NCBI GenBank assembly: GCA_951406725.2
Contig: OX597818.1
Coordinates: forward strand, 135,346,001-135,410,000
Length of the DNA stretch: 64,000 nucleotides
Direction: 5' to 3'
Source of the DNA: Octopus vulgaris
Lineage: Eukaryota
Shown: positions 34,835 through 45,163 of the stretch, one piece after another
Numbering within the stretch: the stretch's first letter is position 1
Layout of the letters: each line of letters begins with the position of its first letter
Program-made: the position numbers and the translations under genes
Notes under the pieces: generated by a model
Database searches by the model: none
Told to the model about the DNA's origin: nothing
Seen by the model: only the letters and a program-made list of their open reading frames with translations

Positions 34835-35133
34835 TATATAAAAAAAGGAAATGAAGAAAATGCTGACAAAATAATTGAAGTAATTTAATTAGGTGAAAGT
34901 TCTTTTACCGGTTGCGCATTTGTTATGCTTATCAAAATATAAAAGAGAGATTAGAGTTCCTTCCTGATAGATTTTTTCCTCTTATCTGATAAGAGAAAAA
35001 ATCTATCAGGAAGAACTCTAATCTCTCTTTTATATTTTGATAAGCTTTGCGCAACCGGTAATTTCACCTAATTAAATTACTTAAATTACTTCAATTATTT
35101 TGTCAGCATTTTCTTCATTTCCTTTTTATATAT
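34835..35133. repeat. ~300-bp near-perfect palindrome (arms ~150 bp, 1-nt centre at 34987)
   Basis: ...TCTTATC t GATAAGA... centre; the arms match out to AAAAAGGAAATGAAGAAAATGCTGACAAAATAATTGAAGTAATTTAA and its reverse complement, apart from a few indels. Confidence 0.95.
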
Positions 35134-35286
35134 CACAACTCGTGTTAGACATCTCCTTTTTTAAATATATATATATATATATGTTATTTGTCTTGTGCTC
35201 TGTTTTTTCGTTGTTAAAAAATCCGTTTCCATGTTTTTATGTATTCGTTTCTCGTTGAGTTCTACGTCTATTTGTGGTGTCCTGTA

Positions 35287-35317
<31 letters not shown>

Positions 35318-35321
<4 letters not shown>

Positions 35322-36069
35322 CGCTTCGACTGGCTTCCGTGTCGGTGGCACGTAAAAAGCACCATCCGAATCATGGCCAAAGCCAGTGCCGCCTCAACTG
35401 GCTTCCGTGCAGGTGGCACGTAAAATGCACCAATCCGACCGTGGCCGATGCCAGCCTCGCCTGGCACCAGTGCAGGTGGCACGTAAAAAGCATCCACTAC
35501 ACTCTCGGAGTGGTTGGCGTTAGGAAGGGCATCCAGCTGTAGAAACTTTGCCAGATAAGACCGGAGCCTGGTGCAGCCTTCTGGCTTTCCAGATCCCCGG
35601 TCGAACCGTCCAACCCATGCTAGCATGGAGAACGGACGTTAAACGATGATGATGATGAAGCATGTATATATACATGTAGATGTAGGTACGTACATATATG
35701 TATGTATGTATGCATATATTTTATCTATTAAATATATATATATATATCGCTCATGCCGGTGGCACGTAAAAAGCACCATCCGTTTGTGTCCGTTGCCAGC
35801 CTCGCCTGGCCCCCGTGCCCGTGGCACATAAAAAGCACCATCCGTTCGTGGCCGTTTACCAGCTCTGTCTGGCACCTGTGCGGGTGGCACGTAAAAAGCA
35901 CCCACTACACTCATGGAGTGGTTGGCATTAGGAAGGGCATCCAGCCGTAGAAACACTGCCAGATTTTGACTGGGCCTGATGAAGACTTCTGGCTTCACAG
36001 ACCCCAGTAGAACCGTCCAACCCATGCTAGCATGGAAAACGGACGCTAAACGATGATGATGATGATGAT
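35318..36069 (+). mobile_element. Two tandem family C LINE tails (35318-35657, 35750-36069), each following (TA)n
   Basis: Repeat units, conserved tail and (GAT)n in each copy. Confidence 0.85.
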
Positions 36070-36078
36070 ATATATATA

Positions 36079-37323
36079 TTGCGTTGAGAAATAATTCATG
36101 AGTGCCTTTTTCAAATTTAAAAATGCATGCAGAAATAAAACACATTGGCAAAATGTCTTGTTATTTAAAAGATAATTTTCTGCTCTACAAGATAGTATTT
36201 TGATTTTTTAATTTTCTTGATTTTTGTGTATTTTAAGATCATTAAAATGGAATGTCAAGTGGACAAAACTGAGCATTTGTGATAACTTCCTCACCCCTCT
36301 TTTAATTGAGGTGTTAAGGCCAGCAAAGATGTTCATGAAATTTGTGTATGGAGGAGTAATGTCTCAATGTACCGTCCACCGTTGGTTTTCGAGCTTCGAA
36401 AATGGGAATTTTAACATCAAGTACAGATCACACACCAGTCAACCAACTGAGTCCAATGAAGAGGGTTGAATTAACTTCTTCACGAAAATCCATGTCAAAC
36501 AAATGACCAGAGAATTGGCGGAGCAGATGGATTGTGACAAAAAACCAAAAAAGAAAAAAAAAAACAAAAAAACTCAATGGACAAGGTTCAGAAACTTGGT
36601 GCTTGGGTGCCACATGCTTCGAGCGAAAACAAAAATCAATGCTCCACAATCACCACCAGTTTTCTCACTCGACATAGCTCAACACATGGTCACAAATAAC
36701 GTTTTCTTTACTACATTGTCACTATGGAGCAGCAAAAAGAATGGCTCAGCCCCGGCAAACAAGCAACTCCACAAGCAAAACAAGACCTTCATCCTTGAAA
36801 GACCACGTTGTGTGTATGGTGGAACTGGGAAGGCATAATTCATTATGAACTGCTTGAGCACAACCAAACAATGCAGAGCTCTACATTCAACAACTGCACC
36901 AACTCAATGCAGCAATTCAGCAAAAAAGACAGAATAAGTAAAATGGCATTCTTCTGCAACACAACAACACCCATCCTCACATTGCCAATATGACCAAAGC
37001 CACGATTCAAGAACTCAAATGGGAAGTGCTGCCTCATCATCCATACTCTCCAGACTTGGCACTGTCAGATTTTCATCTCTTTCAACTGCTTTGAGCAGTG
37101 TATCATTCCATAATGACATAGTATTGAGGGCTTGGTTGGATGAAATTTTTGAGTCAAGACCAGAAGATTTCTATTGCCAAGGCATCAAAAAACTTATTGA
37201 ACAATGGAAGTCTTAAACAACAACAGAGAGGACATTATTAATTTGTTGGGGCTTTTTTTTTTGTTTAAAATAAAATTGAAAAAAAAAAAAAAAAAACCCC
37301 TCATAAATGATTCCTCAACCCAA
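36079..37323 (+). mobile_element. Full-length decayed mariner transposon (~1.25 kb) with transposase pseudogene
   Basis: TIRs TTGCGTTGAGAAATAATTCATGAG / CTCATAAATGATTCCTCAACCCAA, flanked by TA. Frameshifted motifs include RWFSSFENGNF, KVQKLGAWVPH, CVWWNWEGIIHYELL and HHPYSPDLALSDFHLF. Confidence 0.9.
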
Positions 37324-38523
37324 TATATTACAAAAACATTACTAATTTAAATTTTAATTAAATGAGGCTCAGATCTTGAACAAAATTTCTTTTTTAAACT
37401 TTGTAAATGTCTACTATATTTTCAATAAAGCCTTTATTATCACAGGTCTGCCACAACCCTATCAATAGTAACTGCTCTTATTCTTTAATTGACTGAAATA
37501 TTGTAAACACTCAGATCAGTACGATTCTAATCTATTTGATAATCTTAAAGTGTGCTGGTTGAGTGTTTTAACTCTAGTATTCAGGTTACTCTAACAAATG
37601 TGATTGTTTATTTTTAGAATGACATAGGATTGACATTCTGGATCTGGCCAGTTTGAACATAACAGGTAAAATATTTTGGGTCCGATATGGCCAGTTTAAA
37701 TGCTAAAGGGTTAAAAACTTCTGTATGGTAGCTATTTTGAAAGCAAGTCACAAATAATTAGTTGTTATTTAGAAAGGTATCCAACTCTAAAAGTCTTTAT
37801 GCTAATGTTTATAGACTCATCAACCCCACCCCCATCTATCATTAATGAAAATTATTGTCATAAATGATTTATCATCATTTAATGCCTGCCTTCCATGCTG
37901 GCATGAGTGGGACAGTTCGACAAGAGCCAGCCAGGTAGAAGCCTGACTTCTGTAACTGCTTTGGCAGGATTTTTACAGATGCCCTTCCTAACACTAACCA
38001 CAGGAGAGGTCAGTTTTGGCAAGGTTTTTACAACTGGATGCCCTTCCAAACACCAACCACTTTACAGTGTGGACTGGGTACTTTTAAGTGGCACCTGCAC
38101 TAACAGGGTCACCAAGTACTTGCAAGACCAAAAAAATAAAATAACTTTTGAGAGGGGAGGGGGCATTGGAAGTGGTGATCTTGTGTCAGATGATGAAAGG
38201 TTACAGTGAGACAGAAACAGGTGTCTTGCTGTAAAGGAGGTACAAGGTTATCCAGCCAGAGAGAGAGAGAGAGAGAGACCAGGAATGAAGACAGAAACAG
38301 AGTGCTGCCGCAAAGGAAATACATGATTATCCAACCTGAGGGAAGTGTAGGAGGAGAGAGAGAGTGTGGGAGACAGCAGGATAGAGATGGTGGCAAAGTG
38401 TCGAGCATACTCACAAGGGACAGATATAGTTAGTGTCAGGGCACTGCAATCCTCTCGGATTTTTTTTCTTTGTTCAGGTTTCTCTAACAGAACCAAACTA
38501 TATGCAAGTAAATATATTTTTGC

Positions 38524-38886
38524 CTACCAACCACATGGTTCTGGGTTCAGTCCCACTGCGTAGCATCTTGGGCAAGTGTCTTCTGCTATAGCCTCGGGCT
38601 GACCAAAGCCTTGTGAGTGGATTTGGTAGACAGAAACTGAAAGAAGCCCGTTGTATATATATATGTATATATATGTATGCGTGTCTGTGTTTGTCCCCCT
38701 AGCATTGCTTGACAACCGATGCTGGTGTGTTTACGTCCCCGTCACTTAGCGGTTCGGCATAAGAGACCGATAGAATAAGTACTGGGCTTACAAAGAATAA
38801 GTCCCGGGGTCGATTTGCTCGACTAAAGGCGGTGCTCCAGCATGGCCGCAGTCAAATGACTGAAACAACTAAAAGAGTAAAGAGTA
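38524..38886 (+). mobile_element. SINE family A
   Basis: Colinear with family A; slightly 5'-truncated. Confidence 0.85.
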
Positions 38887-38969
38887 TATTGAAGACATCA
38901 TTTAGATACATAATTATGATATAATTCCTATTTTACTGAAAATTGACTTCACTGATTTTTTTTTTAATA

Positions 38970-39357
38970 GAGCACATCGCCAAATGTCTTGGTCACTAGT
39001 CATTGCCTGTGAGGTTCAAAGATCATGCTTCACCACATCGTCCCATGTCTTCCAGGGTCTACCTCTACCACAGTTAAAGATCAGCACTTCTTTACACAGC
39101 TGTCCTCGTGCTTGAGAAGACTCATCAAGCCAAGCAAAATCACAGTTGTGGCAGATACTAGTGTCACGCAAATGGCACCCATGCCGGTGGAACATAAAAG
39201 CACCCTTTACACTCAGAGTGGTTGGCATTAGGAAGGGCATCCAGCCACAGAAAACCATGCCAAATCAGACTGGAGCCTAGTGCAGCCTTCCAGTGTGCCA
39301 GCCCAGTCAAACCGTTCAACCCATGCCAGCATAGAGAACGGACATTAAATGATGATG
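38970..39357. mobile_element. RTE-type LINE 3' fragment with inverted 5' part (38970-39108 minus, then plus-strand family C-like tail)
   Basis: Minus strand GRGRPWKTWDDVVKHDL joined to the plus-strand GTGCTTGAGAAGAC...AGGAAGGGCATCCAGCC...(GAT)n. Confidence 0.7.
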
Positions 39358-39521
39358 TGGTCCCAAAACAAATTAGCACACACAAGTGCAATACACTCCC
39401 CACCACCAATTTTTTAACTTAAAAATTAACACAGTATGACAAGAAGTTATATCTATTGTCCAAGCTAAACGTGTAATAAATAATTTAGATTTTCCTGACA
39501 GTGATTATTAAATATTCCTTA

Positions 39522-39930
39522 TCTATAATATAAATTGGACATGGGCAATCGTTGTATTCTTTCTTGTCTTGAGGTTCACAGCCAAACAGCTGGGTGGATT
39601 TGCGTGAAAAATGGCACACATGTAGAAACGGGTGCATAGATTGGAATGCGGTTTGTATTTTTTCCTAGTACCCATACTTACTGAGAAAATCGATTAAAAC
39701 TTTTTATAATGGAATTCCCCCCTTTCTTCTGTCATTAAAACAACCAGTTCCTTAGAAGCTGTTTTCTGACAATGTGGGGTCAGGAAATTTTCATACAGCT
39801 GGAGGCTCTAATCGAAACAGGGGACCCGAAATGATAAGGTTGAGAAAAGCTATTATAGATTATGCCTAACCGAAAATGATCACAACCACATCACCCAAAC
39901 AGACCAGGTGAAACCGGGCTTAGCTGCTAG
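39522..39930 (+). mobile_element. Non-autonomous Helitron
   Basis: A|TCTATAATA 5' end, hairpin CCAGGTGAAACCGGG, then GCTGCTAG|T. Confidence 0.65.
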
Positions 39931-40081
39931 TATTTCATAAGCATGTATTAAAAATAGATATCAGTTGTGTGATGTTTACAATAATGACCACCACATGTTG
40001 ACTAATAACTAAATACAGCAACATTTTGCTATGAAGTTATATAACTGATATTGGTAGAAATGGAACTTATGCTTCTGTTTA

Positions 40082-40855
40082 AAATATAATTGGATTTTGT
40101 ATTATGAACTATATTTGGATTACCAGATAATGAATTTTATACAAAAGTATTATGGATTGCTACAGAGGAATTAACAAGAAGACATGTATTTCAAGATTAT
40201 CATACTAAAGTATACACAAATTTCACATTTCTAAACTATATGAACTATATTTGGAATACAAGATAATATAACAGATTTTACATGTGGATATTATGAATTA
40301 TTGCAGAAGAATAACCAAGGAAGTATATATGGATTTAAAGACTCTCATCAAAAGCAGTAATTTTTAATTTTTTTTTCAAACAAACACCATTTTATAGTTT
40401 TACTTCAAATTTAAAAAAAACAAACTACCATTCGATATGTTACACAGAATTCAAATTTTATATCTCTGAAGAGCAAAAGCGTCTATAAATTCTTATTAAT
40501 ATAGGGACAACTCTTCTATGAAACGATCGTAAGATGCTTTAAATAATTAATTCAAAACTTTTAAACTGTCATACACATTATATATTTATACTTATACATA
40601 TCTACATATATTTTTATACATATTTCTATTTCTATTTATTTATTTATATACTTTTAATACAACAATTATTTTTCACACGTGTATATCTTTCTGAGGAGTT
40701 TTGAAATTGATTTCCTAATATTAATAATAATATATTATTAAAAAATATATATGTATATAATCGCTTGTATTAAATATATAAATACTTTGATACAATTGAG
40801 CACTCAATATAAATTCAGTATATAATATTCTCATTGAATATATTTAACTAAAGAT
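40082..40855 (+). mobile_element. 774-bp AT-rich non-coding insertion with 15-bp TSD carrying a hammerhead motif (Penelope-derived or retrozyme-like)
   Basis: Direct repeat ttatgcttctgttta at 40067-40081 and 40856-40870; internal hammerhead at 40462-40535. Confidence 0.65.
40462..40535 (+). ncRNA. Type I hammerhead ribozyme motif
   Basis: ATCT-CTGAAGA-[47-nt stem II region]-GAAA-CGATCG-TA^AGAT: intact core, stem I ATCT/AGAT, palindromic stem III and GUA cleavage site. Stem II pairing looks degenerate. Confidence 0.7.
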
Positions 40856-41162
40856 TTATGCTTCTGTTTAGACAGAAATTCACATAAAAGTGTGTCTAAC
40901 GTTTTACTATAAATAGTTAATGTGTACACTATTATCAATGTCAATTTTGTGAGACTTATGTCTCACAAAATTATATTTTTAGGAAACAAGTGGGAATTTA
41001 AGTGTTTCAATTACAGCTGATTTTAACAGTGTGGCACTAATTAAACAACAATGTAAAGTAACATTAAGCACATATTAACAAATTGATCGTTTCCAGATTC
41101 AGTCAGATTTTATATTTGCCAAATTCAATTAAAACTTAGAAAATATATTTTCAATGTACATA

Positions 41163-41568
41163 GGCGCAGGAGTGGCTGTGTGGTAAGTAGCTTGCTAACC
41201 AACCACATGGTTCCGGGTTCAGTCCCACTGCGTGACATCTTGGGCAAGTGTCTTCTGCTATAGCCCTGGGCTGACCAATGCCTTGTGAGTAGATTTGGTA
41301 GACGGAAACTGAAAGAAGCCCGTCGTATATATGTATATATATATTTATATGCGAGTGTGTGTATATGTTTGTGTCTGTGTTTGTCCCCCTAGCATTGCTT
41401 GACAACCGATGCTGGTGTGTTTACGTCCCCGTCACTTAGCGGTTCGGCAAAAGAGACCGATAGAATAAATACTGGGCTTACAAAGAATAAGTCCCGGGGT
41501 CAATTTGCTCGACTAAAGGTGGTGCTCCAGCATGGCCGCAGTCAAATGACTGAAACAAGTAAAAGAGT
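41163..41568 (+). mobile_element. SINE family A
   Basis: Full-length, starts GGCGCAGGAGTGGCTGTGTGG. Confidence 0.9.
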
Positions 41569-42850
41569 TCCTGTTTAGAAATGCTAACAGTTCATGTTTC
41601 AGACACTGAAAAAGTGTAATGTAAGTCAGTTTCACTATCGTCTGTGTCAAACAGACACCATTTATGTTATCGACATAAGGAACAGTTCTAGTCAGCAAAT
41701 GTGACCTGTTACAGCAATCCCACTCCCACCTCACCAGCCACAGGTTTTGCTTGATGTACAATACTACATGAATAGCTTAATAGTGATATCCAGTGTTTGT
41801 AGGGGAAAAGTCATCCCACCAGAAATGATGGTAAGATCTGTTTTTCTGAATTTCATTACAACCATGAACACCTATAAAAATGTATCCCCAACAGCTTTCA
41901 ATACAACCACTTATCTCTGCATCAAACTACTATTCAGAAATGTTTCCATTGCTGTAAAATGATTCTTCTTGTTAGTGGTCATGATAGTAACTGTTTTATG
42001 GCTGTTCAAATCAACTGGCCATGGGCAGGAGATGTCTAAGGTCACTAGGGTCCTGTTTGTGATTGGCTGTACTCCATGGTTTCCTATCATCTAATGATGA
42101 CACAGAAACACCTAAATCTACAACAGTTTTTGTGACCAGTAACATGAATTTGGACTTGCTTTTGTATCAGAGTTAGCTACTGGGCCTAGAACATCCAAAA
42201 TGATAACCAAGACTAAATTTAATATCATATGTATGGCATTCCTTAGATGTCATGGTCAACAATAACTTTTTTATTATGTAAAAAACATGGGTTCATACAT
42301 AAAAACACTATCTTCACTTAACGAAGATAAACACTGTTCTCTCTGGACAACATAACCATGAGGGTATTGCAGTATAAACTTGTATAAAACTAGGTTATTG
42401 AAACGAAACTAAATTCCAGAATTTACAACAGATGCACTTTTATAGCATACACCAATAAAGTTCAAAGGTCACGTTCAAATTTGCTTTTTGTTTTGTTTAG
42501 GATGCATCCGCTTTTTCAATGTAACAATGTTAAGTTGTTTATGATGCAAATATGATTTTTATACAGTAATCATAATAAATCTGATTAAACACACTTTTTT
42601 CTTTGCATCATGACATAGCTTGCCACTAAGATCTCAACATCTGTCAGCTTCAAATGATACTAAAAGTCAAAGAAAATTATATGCATGTAATTTAGGAGAG
42701 CACATTACCCCACAACTGTGGTATATATTATATACAACTGCTTATTATACTGAAATATGGAAGCAAAAAAAACAAACAACTAAGCTACATTCAAAAAACT
42801 TGAAAAAATTAAACATGATATTAAAGATATTTTGTACATCTAATGTTTAA

Positions 42851-43069
42851 CCCTTTAGTGTTCAGATTATTCTATCAAACATAATGCTTATTGATTCCCA
42901 TTGACTTGAATTAATCATGCATTATCTCATATCTTCAAGATCTTGATGGTGTAATTACTTAATGTAGAATAACATTGTAGGGTAAGTGTGAGGGCCTGGA
43001 TCTGGTCAGTTTGAACATAAAACAGATTAAATATTTTGGCCAGATATGGCCGGTTTAAATACTAAAGGG
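42851..43069 (-). mobile_element. piggyBac-type MITE
   Basis: TTAA TSD; reverse complement of 16542-16760. Confidence 0.9.
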
Positions 43070-44026
43070 TTAATTCAGATTATTGCAGGTAAGTAGATGG
43101 AAACTCAAGAGGAATGTCATTTGATGGTGAAACCAAGTAAAAGTGTATTTTTGTAGGAAAAGTAGAATAGAGCAGAGACAACTGAAGCAGCACAAAAGGA
43201 TCAATAGTTGTAAACTGCTAGTTGAAAAGTTTGCCTATGAAATAAGGGACTTTGATAGTTAGAAGAAAATGAAGAGGCTACTCTGATGTAGGACAAAAGA
43301 AAATCAGTTTGCAAATGTTCGACACTTCATTTTCCAACCTTGAAGAAACCCAGCACGGACAAAAGCAAATTTAGTCACATGAAAACATGCACCATTATAG
43401 TATAGGGTTATTATTAGAGATCAATTGGCCAGTATTTGTAGCAGATGAGATATTTTAATATGTAATCAAAAGGCAGGAACAGTACAACTGAACCATAAGT
43501 CTCTTGTTGAATAGTCCTGTTCAGGTTCACTTCCCTGCCTTACCTGTGTTTGCCAATTTCTTACTGAAGAACTAATTTGAGATGTCAATTTACTAAATAA
43601 CAGATTATCACTTTCATTATCTTTCTTCAGATAAATCATCTTCATTATCTTTCTTAAGGTAAAGACTTCACTAATATTGAAAAGTAAAACTTATTAAAAA
43701 CCAGCCTAATAACTGCCAATGTAATGAAGTATCAAATTGCAAATTTTAGAACAGAAATAAGAAAAGCAGTAATAGAGTAAGAATAGGCAAAATGATGCAT
43801 GTAAGCAATTTAAACAGGGAGTGAGAAAATGACATTTAAATTAGAAATATATGAGTAATGTGATATGAGTAGCTATTGCATTGAGTAAATGACAGGCTAC
43901 AAGTTGTCATTGATTTTTTAAAAAACTGTTAAAATAATATTCAGAAATGGACAAAGGCATAAGTAACGTGGTTAACCACACTATGATGAAGTGCCATCGA
44001 TTCCTGGACCACAGTACAGTAGTATA

Positions 44027-44255
44027 TATTTCTTTACTGCCCACAAGGGGCTAAACATAAAGGGGACAAACAAGGACAGACAAACAGATTAAGTCAATTA
44101 CATCGACCCCAGTGCAAAACTGGTACTTAATTTATCGACCCCGAAAGGATGAAAGGCAAAGTCGACCTCGGAGGAATTTGAACTCAGAACGTAACGACAG
44201 ACGAAATACCGTTAAGCATTTCGCCCGGCGCGCTAACGTGTCTGCCAGCTCGCCG
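44027..44255 (-). mobile_element. SINE family B with 10-bp TSD
   Basis: TSD cagtagtata at 44017-44026 and 44256-44265. Confidence 0.9.
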
Positions 44256-44771
44256 CAGTAGTATAGTTAACCTTATTACTGTGGTGTGGTTCTAGGTTTG
44301 ATCTCCTTAAGAAAGATTGTCTTCTATCATTGTATCTAGGTAACCAATATGAGAACTGAAGAGAATCCTACTATTAAATGCCCAGTAAGGCATTTTGAAG
44401 AATATCACCTTCATAAGTTTCTTCAACTCATGCCATCATGGAAGAAGTGGATGGGGGGGAAAAAAAAACTGATGAACAATAAGTCCCCTGCAATATTAGT
44501 TCTATACTGAGTTCACACAGTTCTTCAACACTCTCACCATCAGAAATAGAACAAACCAGAGACATTGAAAACTTGCAATTAATGACTATTGTCCACCAAC
44601 TGTGATTAGCAATAAGAAGTTTTCATCATAATGAAATTCTATTTCATTAGGATTTAAAGGAATTATTACATAACATGCTAACGACATTTCATAAGAACAA
44701 AAAAGAGAGACTCATAAAATGTCAACTGTGTAATATATCAATTTTATTTTTAATTCTACAGTACAAATTGT

Positions 44772-45163
44772 AATCGAATTGAACCAGCCAGGATCCCAGG
44801 TCTGGTGGTACGTAAAAAGCACTATCCGACTCGTGGCCGATGCCAGCGCCGCCTCGACTGGCTTCCGTGCCGGTGGCACGTAAAATACATCAATCCGACC
44901 GTAGCGCCGCCTCAACTGGCTTCCATGCCGGTGGCACGTAAAATATACCAATCCGACCGTGGCCGTTGCCAGCCTCGCCTGGCACCTGTGCAGGTGGCAC
45001 GTAAAAAGCACCCACTACACTCACGGAGTGGTTGGCGTTAGGAAGGGCATCCAGCTGTAGAAACCTTGCCAGATAAGACTGCAGCCTTCTGGCTTCCCAG
45101 ATCCCCGGTCGAACCGTCCAACCCATGCTAGCATGGAGAACGGACGTTAAACGATGATGATGA
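44772..45163 (+). mobile_element. Family C LINE tail with 4 units
   Basis: Shares its 5' start (AATCGAATTGAACCAGCCAGGATCCC) with the 58509-58858 copy. Confidence 0.85.

Noticed and set aside
43545-43593. Minus-strand 49-nt pseudo-exon with CAG|gtaagg donor as HAPSTR1 exon 1
   Set aside because: No similarity to the HAPSTR1 N-terminus and not frame-compatible.
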